A stretch of DNA of 64,000 nucleotides. It comes from Lytechinus pictus (Eukaryota). The translations under genes and the position numbers were made by a program. The stretch is taken from positions 7,006,001 to 7,070,000 of the forward strand of contig NC_087258.1 of NCBI RefSeq assembly GCF_037042905.1, given 5' to 3'. Of the stretch, positions 49,762-63,253 are shown piece by piece (position 1 is the first letter of the stretch; each line of letters starts with the position of its first letter). Below the pieces are notes generated by a model that was not told where the DNA came from, did no database searches, and saw nothing but the letters and a program-made list of their open reading frames with translations.

Positions 49762-50548
49762 GAAAATGCTTGTTAAATACATGTTTATGGTATTCTTTGA
49801 TGATTGACATCACCATTTTACAGTGCCATTTTAGATGAATCCACAGCTATTTTCAAAATAAAAAAAATGACCCTTCTGTATTCTTATCTTTACTTTATTT
49901 TTTAATGTGTTTTTACATGCCTTGTTTGGCAATTGGCCAACCTAAAACACCAGTATGACTGAATAAGTGACAGAATAACAGTACCGTATACTTGTGATAA
50001 TGAAATGACTTATCTTGAATATAGGTTATGGGATTGATTTTGGTTTGTTAACTGTGTGTTTATAGCTTCTTTAGATTCATCAAATAACATTTCTACCCCT
50101 TTTTATTTTCTTGGGCAGACAAAGAGATGATAAAACAAAGAAGTTCCAAACTCCTGAATCTTGTTCATGATGGAAATTTAGAGCTGTTCAGTTTCTAACT
50201 GGAGTTCCATTTACACCAGTCATCTTTAATGCAGAACTTCTACATGTATCTTGGATTTTGATAAATGTTTTTCAGTTCATGAATGGTTTTTGGTAGACTT
50301 TTAGAAGTCACAAAGAACTTCAACATAATAGCTACCCTTTCAAGTAGGCTGAAGAGATCAGAAAGTCTCCAGAACTGAATCAGGAAGACACTTAGATAAT
50401 ATCTGTTTGAATTTCCTGTATTTATATCGGGGAGTTGGACTGACACCCAATTGATTGGATAGTGGGAGTGAAGTAAGCTACACTTTACCACTCTGCGGTT
50501 CTGTTGCCAATTTGATAGGATATTACTGATCACACCTGAGACACCAAG

Positions 50549-50667
50549 ATGAGCAAGAGGGTGAACACAACGGCTTCCGCAAGGCTGAAACAGGACTACT
50601 TGAGACTCAAGAAAGATCCAGTCCCTTATGTTACAGCAGAGCCTTTGCCATCAAATATCCTTGAATG
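50549..50667 (+). CDS. UBE2J2: UBE2J2 coding exon 1
   Basis: [40 protein letters not shown]; donor gtaaaa. Confidence 0.93.
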
Positions 50668-53600
50668 GTAAAAAAATTGTTTCTTTATTTTCATTCCTCA
50701 ACGAATTTGTGCTTTTCTTTGGAAGCCTAAATAGATTCATACATAACTGCTTTTACTCCTTTCCACTTACACTTAAGAGTAAATTACAAAATTTTAAATT
50801 GCTATCAGTTTGTGTATCAGGGCAGGGCTTACAATGTATTTATAATGTAGTGGTGAGCGCAGAGGAACCTGATTTTTCTACCAAACGAGGAATTGCAATT
50901 AAACTTTAATTGCACTTCAATATTTCTAGTTTCCAAATATTACATTTATGCTTATTCATCAAGAATGTTGAGTTAATTCTGAAAAACTGAGAGAAACCTA
51001 GTGGAACTAATAGAAGTTTTTTTCATCTTTAATATCCAAACTGTAACAACATCTATATTAACAGCAAATTTGACTTGTATATCTTAATTCCAGGCACTAT
51101 GTTGTACGAGGTCCGAAGGAAACACCTTATGAGGGTGGTTTATACCATGGCAAGTTGGTGTTCCCAAGAGAATTTCCTTTCAAACCTCCTAGCATCTACA
51201 TGATTACACCCAATGGAAGATTCAAAACCAACACAAGGTAATGTCAGTTTTAGATCCTGCAAAATACAAATAAAGAGTTATTATAAAAGCAAGAGCGTAC
51301 ATGTACTGATTTGTGCACAATTTTATTTGTATTGGAAAAATAAAATGTTTTGAGTGGGAAAGTACTTTTTTGCTACCTGGTAATAAACTAATGGTAATAT
51401 AATTATTGCAATGACATGTGGAGGTATTGAGTGGTGAATGAATGTGTTATCATTCAAGCATGCCTACATGTATATCATGCTAGCAAGGAACACAAAAATG
51501 AAAATTCTGCTGTACTGCAAGCCTTCTAGTTGAAGTAAAGTCTGAATAAGCTTCAAACTGCAGCAAGATGGCTTGATGTTACTTAGAAAAAAATAGTTTG
51601 CTTTTAGTCCTTCAGGAAGGATTGCAATAGACAGGAATTCAGTTGTGATAGTCATACCACTATTTGAAACTTGAATCGGGAAGGTTTCTGGTTTGAATTT
51701 TCATATCAAATGATATAATTTTTTCCAAAATTAGATTGTAAATGGATGTGCGCAGTGCTATTTCATTTATCATTTCTTTTATTTTAACACGATACACATA
51801 CATCAGCCAATGACTGTTCTTCAGAACTTCCGTAGTTACATGCACCTGTAGTATCTTGATTAGATGATCATTCTAGAGTTGTATTGTTTTTTCATCAGGT
51901 TATGTTTGTCAATAAGTGATTTTCATCCCGATACCTGGAACCCAGCCTGGTCTGTATCCACTATCCTAACTGGTTTACTCAGCTTCATGGTCGAGAAAAA
52001 TCCAACATGGGGCAGCATAGAAACAACAGATTTTGTTGTAAGTGTTTATTACTTTTTATTTCGTTTGAAGACATGGGAACAGAATCACTAGAATACTCTC
52101 GATCACGAATTAAACTGTCAGTTTGATTTTCCAAGCGAGTAGAGCGAGTGAACAAAAAAAAAACAATGAATACAGGCATTTATACTTGTATATCTAATGT
52201 ACATGTAACTTATCCGTGATATTTCAAGTTATGTGTTTATTTTGTCTCTTGAGAGTGACTGTAATCAGAGAACATGTCTTAAAGTCTTATTTTAAGACAA
52301 GGCCACTTTTCTTGAGGGCACACAATTCCTATACGGTAAAGCACAAATGGTAAAAATTTAGAAAGGTTGGAAAAATTTACAAAGCCAATGAGAGAGGCAA
52401 TTAAGGCCAATCAACGCGGCATCCATAGCTTTGGTGGCATTAGAATAAGTTTTTAAAGCCCTTATAAAATATTTAACTCCTTGATAATTATGGATTTCTT
52501 ATTTCCTCTGTGGGGAAATGGTTTGTGGGATAGCCTGTTCAAGCCTACTGATTTTACTGCTACTGTACATGTATGTATATGTTTTTTATGACCTAGCAAG
52601 TAAACTCATCAATCAATCCATCAGTCAATCAATCAAAAGCCTACATGTAATCAATCAATCAGTTCTCTTTCAATTTCTGTAATTATCCTTGAAAACATCA
52701 AAAACTCACATTTGAAAACTCCTGGAATTCAAGAGAAATTAACTTACTGAAAATCTAAGTACCTTTGTATGAACCATGCATGTACACATGAATGAACATG
52801 AGAATACCTTTACAGTTGTTTGCTTGTTTCAGGTTAAGACCTTTCAGTCAAAAGCAAATTTGATCTATCATTGTGTGTAGAGACTGCATGTAAATTGTAA
52901 AAACTATACCATTCAGTATTTAAGGCACAACATTTTACAGTTTGTATGCACCAAAGTAATGCACAATGAAAATGTTATTGAAACCATATTGCATATCTCT
53001 TCTCTTGAGTGCAAGAGTATTAGAAGCAGGCTTTGGGGTTTATACATGTATGGATTCAACTGAAGTTGTGTTTAAATTATCGGCCATACATGTATATATC
53101 CCACTATTTGAGACGGATCTCATCTTTCTCTATCAGAAAAGTAGCTTGTATCAGTTGCCATCCATGTACATTATGTATTTTCTTAATTGATTGATAGATT
53201 GATTGATTGTTTGTGTACAATGAATTGACTGTTAATCACTGATACTCATGTACATAACAACTGAATTAAATTTTGATTACAAAAGAGAACTAAGTTCCAA
53301 AATGGACCAAATGGAGTTTGAACTTATAGGGGAATCCAACCCAAACAAAAACTTGTTTTTATAAGGAAAAGAAAAATCAGACAAGTTAATAGGTGAAAGT
53401 TTGAACAATATTGGACAAACAACAAGAAAGTTATGAATTTTTAAAGTTGTAAATATTGGTAATCACTATACCCATGGAGACTTCAAATTGGCCGCATATG
53501 GGATGTCATAGTGATGTAAGGCAAGAACTACTCTTCCATGTACTCCAATACATATTATGGCTAAAATGTCATTTTTCCCAAAAGTTTTATTTCAAATTAT

Positions 53601-56600
53601 ATTTTTCTTTCATGAGGACATAAAACAATATACTTCCTGGGTTATGTTTTGATTACTGCCCCAGGGGAATGGGTACTTAGGCGAAAACCACAAATCCCTG
53701 ATAATAAAGTACATGGCCTATGGGAAAGTTGTCCTTGCCCCTTGTCATAATTTACTTACCCAGTGGCCAATTTGAAATCTACATAGTATTAGTGATCTCA
53801 ATTTTAAAGCAGCTATAACTTTCTTATTGCTTGTCCGATTTCTTTCAAACTTTCACCATTCTGTTTAATTTATTTTTCTCGTTCCCAACGCAACATTTTA
53901 TGGCCAAGGCTGGATTCCCCTTTAAGGCATTATGTAATGAGTGCTGGGGATGTTTATGCAGTCTGTCCTAATTATCTTCAAGGGTAATTTATGAACCAGA
54001 TAGTATGTTTATTATATCAAACAGCTGTGTGCTATAGACTTACTGTACATGTAATAGAAAGTTAGCTTACTCTGTATGGCCTTTTAAATGCTTTAAAATC
54101 ATGATTAATATCATATTTTAATCTAAGCTATTAAATTTGGTGATTTATAGGAGTGGATCTTTATGACTAATCTGGATTGTGACATAGGATATTTAAAAAC
54201 GTTTTGTTCATTTAGTTCTATGTGTGTATCTGTGACTGAAGTAATCATTTAAGTGCTAAATGATATATTCTACATGTTTAGATACATGTATTCAGTTTAC
54301 GTAATGATACAATCTTGATTAGATGGTAAAAAGAGCCATTTGTTGTTAGTCATAGCAGTATCATACTACATAGGTGTATAAGGTCTTAAATGACACTTTT
54401 GTTGTAATACCACTGTAATAATAATCTAACCAACCTTTTGTAAGATTTAATAGGATATTCTGATCAGAATCAGTGAATTTTCGTAACTTTTAGGTTTTAC
54501 TCCCAATTTAATTTCCAGGTCCAGGGAATAATTTTCCTGGTATCACATCGCAATTTGCTCCACATTTTTGAAAGATTGCTATGCATAAAGTCTTTTGTAT
54601 AGCATATTTTTACATAGGACTGTACATTACTTAGTTGAGAGCTTTCTCTTATGACCAAAAATGCTATTCAAATTTGTAAATCAAAATTATTCCCTGAGGT
54701 TTATTTTGTTGCAGATACAATAGCAATTATAATGTTCTTGCAATACATGTATGAAAATCACAGATTTCATTGCAATAATTGAATATTCATGGTTTTCTCA
54801 TTCTTCTATTCTTTTCAACAGAAAAAGCAATTTGCCCATGATAGCGGAGCCTTCAATTTAAAGAATTCAACATTTATAGAACTCTTCCCAGATACTGCCA
54901 AAGTATGTACATGAAGATTCCTATATTTCACAGTAAACACTTCATCTATCTTTGATGGGTTGTGGAAACCTCGTTTCTAAATTCAATAAAATAGCTCAGA
55001 TGAAGCTCTATATCGTAACGACGGCTCGGATTGTCCTACGAGTCTCGCTATAAGAGTCTATTGTCGAGGATGGCCAAAGCTTAAATAATACCGTTGAAGC
55101 TAAATAAAAGTCATCACACAGGAAATTATAGTTCAGTAGTTTATTACTGTTCAAAACTTGATAGAGGTGCAAGAGAGTATGTGATGATGACAAATCAATG
55201 ACTCCAGCGATAAATGGAAAAATAGTAACTGAGATAACTTCGAATGATACTGGAACAATGATAAGAACTTAACTTGTGATATTTCTGAACTATACGTACG
55301 ACTGGAATCATACAGGAAAAACTCTCTAAAAACTAAACTTGACTGAGATGCTGCTGCTTATATACAATTTCTGGACATAGCATGAAGCACACAGCGAAAA
55401 CCCAGATTCAGAGAAGAGAGAGAGAGAGAGAGAGAGAGGATAAATCATTCCAACAAGGATAGGATAAAATCAAGTAATAGAATAAGCACATACCGACCAA
55501 TACACTGACCACAAGGTTAAACTAGGAGTTCGGACATTAGGAGTTGAGGGAGAGAAGTCTGAAGGGCAGGGCAAAGTCATCTATATAGAACAATTTATAT
55601 ATGTCAGAGAGAAAGCGGAGGGAGTTACTGAACATAAATGTGCAGCCAAGGTAATAAACAAGAACGAGTTTCTGAAAGTAGTCGCAAGGTTAAAGAGAAC
55701 TACACAGGTTTGAAAGTCAATGGAAAGGGAAAGAGAGGAGGGATGAAAGTTACTGGAAGGAGAAGTGAGGAGGGTTGAAAGTCACTGGAAAGAGAAAATG
55801 AGGAGGGTTGAAAGTCACAGGAAAGAGAAAGTGAGGAGAGTAAAACTTCTGAAAGTAGATGCAAGGTCGAATAGAAGGGAGATGCACTGTTAGCGATTTC
55901 TGAAAGACGAAGGAAAGCCAAAATGAGGAGAAAACAGAGTGGACAGACCAGTAGAGTTTGACCCTGAGCAAGTTGGATTACAGTACAAGAGAGGGCTTGG
56001 CTGTGTGCAGGTTACTGGGCAAGTTAAAAGTGACATTCACAATTGATCTTATCAAGACATTCATTACATGAATGAGTAGAATACAATTTAATATAATAAA
56101 CACTACTAATTAAAGCATAAGAATGGAAATATATACATAAACATGATAAGAGAATATTGGACATCAACCAAAATGTGTGACAATATTATAGTTACGAGAT
56201 AGTGGCAACCATCTTTTTTTCTGGGAAAGATTTCTGTACAGGAATAAGGAGACTATTTTCAGGCAATATAAGATTGCAACCATTGCAATATTTATAAAAT
56301 ACACCATTTTCTGAGCTGCCCCCCAAATTTGCAAATTTTTAGATGTAAGGTTAACAGCCCAGCAACGATTAGAGGATCATCTTGCAATACAAAAAGTTTA
56401 TACTTTGTAAATTTTTTTTTTTTTTGGGGGGGGTGGGAGTATTGTGCATTGCCTGTATTGTGATTGCCTTTAAAGCATCTATGATCTGGTGTTAACATTG
56501 CATTGAGGAATGTGAATCTCCACAACAGTATTAAATAAATTCTCAAGTTCTGATTAGATTCAAATGCTTAGTACAAAGAAAAGCATCTGCTGAACTACAT

Positions 56601-57051
56601 ACACATGGATCATCTTTCTGACCAATTTAGCTTGTACTTATGATGAATGTAGAGCATTTGAAGAGCAATCCTTGGCAGTAGAGTGTTTATTACAGTATTC
56701 TTAAAAAATATCATGATCTTCAAAAATATGATTACTCACTATGATAACATGTATATCCTTCATTACCACAACTGGAATTTATGTTTGTCCCTTTTTTGTC
56801 CTTGTTAGGAGATAAGACAGAAAATCAAGAAAGAAGAAGAGGATTTGAAACAGCTCTCGGAATCCAACGCCTCCAAGTCCCCAGACCACGCCCAACTGAG
56901 GCAGAGGACGAATAACTTCAACGCTCCCGCAGAACGACCCCCTGGAATCGTGGGCAGCACCATGGCCAACGTGCTTGTTATCATCGGCTTTGCAGCGTTT
57001 GCATGGACAGTTAAATATGTACTGCGCAGCATAGCCAACACTGATCAATAG
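50549..57051 (+). CDS. UBE2J2: Ubiquitin-conjugating enzyme E2 J2 (ER tail-anchored, Ubc6 type); exons 50549-50667, 51094-51237, 51899-52037, 54822-54902, 56809-57051; 241 aa
   Basis: All introns are GT-AG and phase-consistent (726 nt total). Reads [16 protein letters not shown]...[17 protein letters not shown]...[16 protein letters not shown]...[24 protein letters not shown] (catalytic Cys); C-terminal TM segment [17 protein letters not shown]. Confidence 0.96.
51094..51237 (+). CDS. UBE2J2: UBE2J2 coding exon 2
   Basis: [48 protein letters not shown]; flanked by cag and gtaatg. Confidence 0.95.
51899..52037 (+). CDS. UBE2J2: UBE2J2 coding exon 3
   Basis: [46 protein letters not shown]; flanked by cag and gtaagt. 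Confidence 0.95.
53328..53921. mobile_element. Kolobok-like MITE
   Basis: TIR AGGGGAATCCA / TGGATTCCCCT; flanks TTAT and TTAA; long subterminal inverted repeats. Confidence 0.75.
54822..54902 (+). CDS. UBE2J2: UBE2J2 coding exon 4
   Basis: [27 protein letters not shown]; flanked by cag and gtatgt. Confidence 0.92.
54953..56211 (-). mobile_element. Probable solo LTR (about 1259 bp)
   Basis: TG...CA termini with TCTT on both flanks (54949-54952, 56212-56215); minus-strand TATATAA at about 55358-55364 followed by AATAAA at about 55140-55145; internal purine-rich repeats. Confidence 0.6.
56809..57051 (+). CDS. UBE2J2: UBE2J2 coding exon 5 (TM anchor, stop)
   Basis: Acceptor ttgttag; EIRQKIKK...[28 protein letters not shown]. 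Confidence 0.93.
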   Translation, partial: EIRQKIKKEEEDLKQLSESNASKSPDHAQLRQRTNNFNAPAERPPGIVGSTMANVLVIIGFAAFAWTVKYVLRSIANTDQ

Positions 57052-59117
57052 GAAAGATGGATTTTTTTTTTTTTGCTATGAACATTGAATTTGTAAGCGG
57101 TGTCAGCTAAGCTGGTGAAATTTTGACAGAGGTAATAAGTGAACCGGAGTGTATAACTCTGTTCGTAACTTATGCCTAGTTTACATTTGCTACACTCAAT
57201 CGTATGATCAGTTGGTCTTCGAAATCTAGGGGGCATCGTTGGTGGCTAGGGGCTATCATTTTCAGGTACGACCATTGTATGTTTTCATGTGTCGGGCATC
57301 ACAGAGGAGCCATATATAAAGTCCTACAGAGGCCGTACAAAGATCGTACAGCTATTGTACAATGAACACAATGAGATAGTGCAATTGTACTGTGATCATA
57401 TGATGACACTGTGCTTGACCCCGTCATACAAAGGTCAGCGATTGATCGTATGCTTGATTTTCACGATTGATTGTACATCTTGTTTAATGCAATCAATCAT
57501 AAAGATATTCTTCTACGATGATTGCTAAGCTTTGTGTTACGGGCCCCTGATTGTACTATGTGTTGAAGGGCTGCATCATACAATTTATAAAAATTTGTTT
57601 AAACTCCACGCTAAAGAAAATCATGGGGGCTGAGGAGATTGGGAATCCGTACGATAACTGTGGGATTGTCGCATGCCACTCAGGGTGATAGTGTGATTTA
57701 GAGGGATATGATGAGATTAGGGTCACTCTACACTGACCGTGATGCATAATGCTGCTTTCCATATACATGTAGCAAGATGGCATGGACATCAATCTGCTGT
57801 GTGGCCGCTCTCCAATTAATCTCTATTAAGTAAGCTGTTTGGAGATATCTTGTATCTCACAAATCAATAGACACACTTAAAAAAAAGTTTACCCAGTAGT
57901 GAGTTCAAAGGCAAGATGCATGTTTGTTGGGCAAAACAACGCCTACATATGATGTTGTATAAGTGTTACTCATCGTTGTGTAAAAATTACCTATAAAACA
58001 TGCATGTTTTTAAATATTGGGCAACTTTTTACTCAATTTTTTTTTCAGGTGCAGAGATCATTTTCAAGCGCTGGTCTAGTCAGTGCTTGCTTGGTTGAGG
58101 ACAAATCCCTTTTTTTTTGCTATTGGAATCCTGCCAATGCACTCGTAGCTTTTAGCAGGATATCAACCTACAATTGCCACTCTCAACCCAGGTGTTGAAT
58201 CAGGAAAAATAATTACTGAATGTTTTGACTAATGAGATGATGGCCTATTGGAGCTCAGTTGGATTGCATATTAAAACATGCCAACTTTGTACTGATGGGG
58301 GGGAGGTTTAGAGCCCCCCCCCCCATTTTCAAAATGAATTATTTAGTAATAATAATAAAAATAATTTTTTTTTCTTGTATTAAGCATATGTTATTATCTA
58401 ATGTTTCTATGCACTTCCAAAGCATTGGATAGTGTATCAGAACCAGTGTTAGAAAAGAATATCTAGCAATCGATTCTCCTAACGGCAACTTTGGCTTTTA
58501 TTCCTGGTAAGAATATATTGTCATAATGTATGTTTGTAACATACATGTACCTGATTCATTTCATTTATTCTGTTGTTGTTGACTCAAGGGTTTTGAGTAA
58601 AAACAAAGCTAGCCATTCCAGATATTCTCATCTTAGCTTTGATATTCTAATGATCACCTGCTTATAATGTTATTTTTTAGAATTTGTATCTGATGACAGG
58701 ATAAGTGCATTGAACACTCAGTTAATCCCTGTATGGAAATAAGCTTTTATCATTAATAGTTATTTTCTTTAGTGGTATGTCCATTATTGCGCAATTGGTT
58801 CAGCATAAGTTTTCCCATTCAACACTGTTTTCCAAATCCCAAGATAATGAAAAGACCCTTTGAAATTTCACCAGCTTTTTATATTAATTTGTACTGTAAA
58901 TAGATTAAAGATTATATATATATGTAGTGATTATAGATAGCTATGTTAAATAATCAATGAGATTATTATTTATACACATTATTGCCATATCTTCTATCAA
59001 TATAACGAATCGTCGACTTTAAATTCAATGTCTGGTGTGTATTGGCATAAATCTCCTCCAGAATAGCGGTTTGGGGGAAATGTAGTACATTGGGAGGAAA
59101 TGATTGTAGAACTGGGC

Positions 59118-59358
59118 TATTTCAAACAGAGGGTCATGGGTTCAAATCCTAGCCATGGCGTGTTTTCCTTCAGCAAGAAATCTATCCATTCTGAGCTGCA
59201 CTCAACCAAGGTGAGGTGAATGGGTACCCGGAGAATTTATTCCTTGCATGCACTGAGCGCCGGTGATGGTAGCTCGAGCTTAAGCCGGGGTAATAATAGC
59301 AGTGCTTTGTATCCTTAGGCAAAAAGCACTTTGTAAATCCAGCTATTATTTATTATCA
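59118..59358 (+). mobile_element. tRNA-derived SINE, 5'-truncated
   Basis: B box GGTTCAAATCC and a core matching 61815-62105. Confidence 0.8.
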
Positions 59359-60411
59359 TTATAATTTGCTTATGAAATGTAAAAAAATGCAAATAGAGCC
59401 CCTGATTTTGCAAGCTGGGTTCCATAAAAATATAATAATGGACAAAATTCAGAAGAATGAGTGCCATACAGATAAGAATATGAATTTATTCCTTGGCTGA
59501 TATGATGTCTACAGTGATTATCTTGTGTCGTCGTGGGTACATTGTGCAATTTCAGCAAAATGCGGACTTCATATGATACAATTTGCAGGATCTACATTAC
59601 ATGTAGCACACACGTCAACTCCTATACACGTGGCTGCATAACCACGTTTATGTACATTGTTTTGATGTGAGATTCGTATCGTCCCACCAACCGTAAACAC
59701 AGATCCCCATGACATAAAGCTGAGCAACTGATCATGGGGACAATTTCTATGATAGATTACATTGTTTACTATGTATGATCAATCATCAAAAAACCAGCCC
59801 CACTATCGATCATAAAACTTGATGTTACAGAGGCCCAGGTCACAAGTAATTTGCATAATCAATTTATTTCAATTTCATAGATTTTCCTTCAATTTTATTC
59901 TTGGAATTCTATTGATCAAGAAAAGTTTTACAATTAGATACCCCCTAAATAAAGTCCATGTCTGGTGAATTTTATAATCAGAGAGCTGAGCCCTGTAACA
60001 TAAAGCTTAGCGATTGATCGTGGAGCTGATTTCTACAATTGATCATACACAATAATCAATGCAATCAATCGTAGAAACCAGCCCCATGATCACTCGCTAT
60101 GTTTTATGTCAAAGGGCCCTGATCTTGACTTGGCCAATTAATGAATGTAATACTTTGTTATTGTCTAATGTTACATTCTTGCATTTATTGAGTTTGGATT
60201 GGCTATCAAAAAATAAAGTGCCTTTTGGAAATGTTATTAAATATGTTGTTTAGTTTAGTAGAGGGATAGGTGTTACTTTGGATATGTAACCACTCTATCA
60301 GACCTAGAATAAAAATTAAATTGATGTTAGATCGTAAATTACAAACACATGTAACATACATTTAAATAATTTTTTATCATTAAGGTCAAATATTTGTTTA
60401 ATACAATCATT

Positions 60412-60823
60412 GGCCCGAATTCACAAAGGTGGTTTTGAAAACCCAAGGTTGAGTCCATGGTTTATGCAGATTTCTTGTATAAATTACGCTTATTTCACCG
60501 CGTATATTAAAAATGTTCAATGCTGATGCGCGCTTTTGTCACAGTGCGCCAAATTGACGCCTGTTGCCGTGGTTATCCACGCTATTTTATTCAGGAGTCC
60601 ACTGTTTTTATTCATGAGTCCACTCTTCCAAACAGTGGACTCATGAATAAAATAGCGTATCTAACCATGGCAACAGGCGTCAATTTGGCGCACTGTGAAA
60701 GAAGCGCGCATCAGCATTGGACATTTTTTATACACGCTCAACTAAGCGTAATTTATACAGGAAATCTGCATAAACCATGGACTCAACCGTGGATTTTCAA
60801 AACCACCTTTGTGAATTCAGGCC
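60412..60823. mobile_element. Fold-back MITE (about 200-bp arms), 3-bp TSD ATT, PIF/Harbinger-like
   Basis: GGCCCGAATTCACAAAGGTGGTTTTGAAAA... is the near-perfect reverse complement of the right half; ATT on both flanks. Confidence 0.88.
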
Positions 60824-61814
60824 ATTGAGTCTTGTATGTGGGTCTCATACAAAGCCACTGGTGTGAAAAACCAACAAGAATATCATTCCTGCAAATGTGT
60901 GTGCGATCTGTGTGCACTTTCTATGCGTGAAGCTCCCTGCAGAAAACCTTGGGGCAGCCATTTTATACCCTGTGATCATTGAAATGTGATATTTGAATTA
61001 TTTTGGTAAAAAGTCACCAGATTATGGGAATGGAATGTCAAAAGACCTTTCATTGATGTTATGGAATTTACAATGTAGGCATTGTACGAACCACTATTAA
61101 CCAGTTATATGTCAATTATCTTTTATGTAACAAACTCATCATAATTGTTGCCGAGCTGGTCGACTAGACTTATTGGTTTAAATTTTAATGAAAGGTAAAT
61201 AATGTACCTGCACCATTCTGGCTCTGCACATGTCGGAAACTTGGCCCTTTGTGTAAAGTTTGACTGCCCTACATAAATATTTTCAGTGATAAAATGTAAG
61301 CCTTGATTGTTGAAACTTTCATTTACGTATACGCAGAATATTACCATGTAGCATTTATTGACTTAAATGCCTCTTATGGTGTGTAGCAAGAAACTCATTT
61401 TCAATTCAAAATCAAGCACAGGTGAAAATCAGGCACAAGTCTTTTTAATAATGGAATGCAGATTTATAGTTGATTTGCGTTCGATTGAATCTCAAGTGTC
61501 TTGCAACACTCCATCAAGCTTGATTTGCAATTTAACAAAAGTTTCTGTTCGAATGTCCCATTAGAAAGTAGAGTATCATTCGTGGTAAGCATCAAGAAAT
61601 ATTTACAACATTTGGTGTGTTTATCATCTCTTCAAAATGCATTTCAAGGTAATTGTTGCAGGTGATGAATGCAGAGGTGGATTGTGGTTTGAATTGAATT
61701 ATACTTTTCTGGAGGGCTAGCTACCCCTCCCCATTCCATTTTTTAAAAACCAATTATGTTCTTATTATTTCCATTGCGCACTCTTCCGGCGATACAGGGC
61801 GACTAATATATACT

Positions 61815-62105
61815 GTGGAGCGTTGTGGCCCAGTGGATTAGTCTTCTGACTTTGAAACAGAGGGTCGTGGGTTCGAATCCCAGCCATGGCGTAATTTCCT
61901 TCAGCAAGAAATTTACCCACATTGTGCTGCACTCAACTCAGGTGAGTTGAATGGGTACCCAGCAGGATTAATTCCTTGAATGCACTGAGCGCTGAAAGGC
62001 AGCTCGAGCTACAGCCGGGATAATAATATTAATAAACAATGCACCTCGGAATAGATTATTTCTAGATAGATGGCGCTATATAAATGCCTATTATTATTGT
62101 TATTA
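61815..62105 (+). mobile_element. tRNA-derived SINE, full length
   Basis: A and B boxes, core, tail GCGCTATATAAATGCC(TAT)n. Confidence 0.88.
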
Positions 62106-62940
62106 TAAACACATGGCGACCCTGTTTTGGGTGATAAATTTTCATTCACTTTGAATAACATCAGCTACCGTTGAAATCAATCTTTTTGTAGATTAATATT
62201 ATCCTTGTTTAACAAGCATCTGGATGAAAAGGTTAAATATTCAAAACTTGATCATGGTTGTAGGAAATACACCCTCATTGTTTAAAAAAAATGAGGCAAT
62301 TGTGGGGGTATCTAAATGTAATATAGTACAAGAAAGTTTTACACGTCTTGCATATACAAGCAGAGTTACAAAACAGGGCCAAGGAATAGTCCAGGGCCCC
62401 ATCTTCCAAAGAGTTGAGATTGATCCGATCAACTATAGGTATGGAAAGCCAGCAACATCAACACCTAAAATGCATGTTTCCTCGAAATATTTTTGTAGAT
62501 ATGCTGTAAATTCATACATTCATTGATTTCTTTCAAAAATCAGGGTGCTTCTCTTTGTTTACAAAGGACATTGTGCAAAGAATTTGTTGAAAAAAATTGT
62601 AACATCAATGGATTTCCATACAGTTGAGGTTGACTGGATCGTATTTCTTTGTAAGACGGACCCCTGTAGTCCACTCTACAGAATCAATTTACCTATTACC
62701 ATGGAGTTATTTATAGCTCCATGCTATTACTATGATTTTAATGTTTTTTTTAATAATTATTGGCATACTACTATCATATATAAATATATATTTTGTTTCT
62801 CCATTTTCTGAAAACATGTATAGTTTGCATGCATGCCTTTTTATTATCTAAAACTATGTGTCACATAAGATGTACATGATTACGCATATCCTTAACATAT
62901 TTTTTATGCCACTTTCAATGGAGGGCTTGTATGTTCTTTA

Positions 62941-63253
62941 CAGTGCGTCCCAGAAAAAGTGAATCCAAGAATTGTCAATGCTCTACCATAAGATACATAC
63001 AAGTATGATACTGACATATTAAATAATTATTGTAAAGATCAGTCTCCTTTTTCATCTGGTGTAAGTCACATGATACATACATCATGCATGACTGAGCAAA
63101 ATAATTAGAAGTAAGGACACCAAGAAATCATTTTGCAGAAGGCATCTGAATTTTAAAAAGAAAATGACATGTCTCAAAATTTCCATGTTGGCTTTTTAAT
63201 ATGATCCCTGAATCAAGTAATAAAACAAAGTTTCATTTTTCAGGGACACACTG
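62941..63253. mobile_element. Tc1/mariner-type MITE
   Basis: TA|CAGTGCGTCCCAGAAAAA ... TTTTTCAGGGACACACTG|TA. Confidence 0.8.

Noticed and set aside
61815-61890. tRNA gene (also 42375-42447)
   Set aside because: Has A and B boxes but no proper acceptor stem, and continues into a SINE core and tail.
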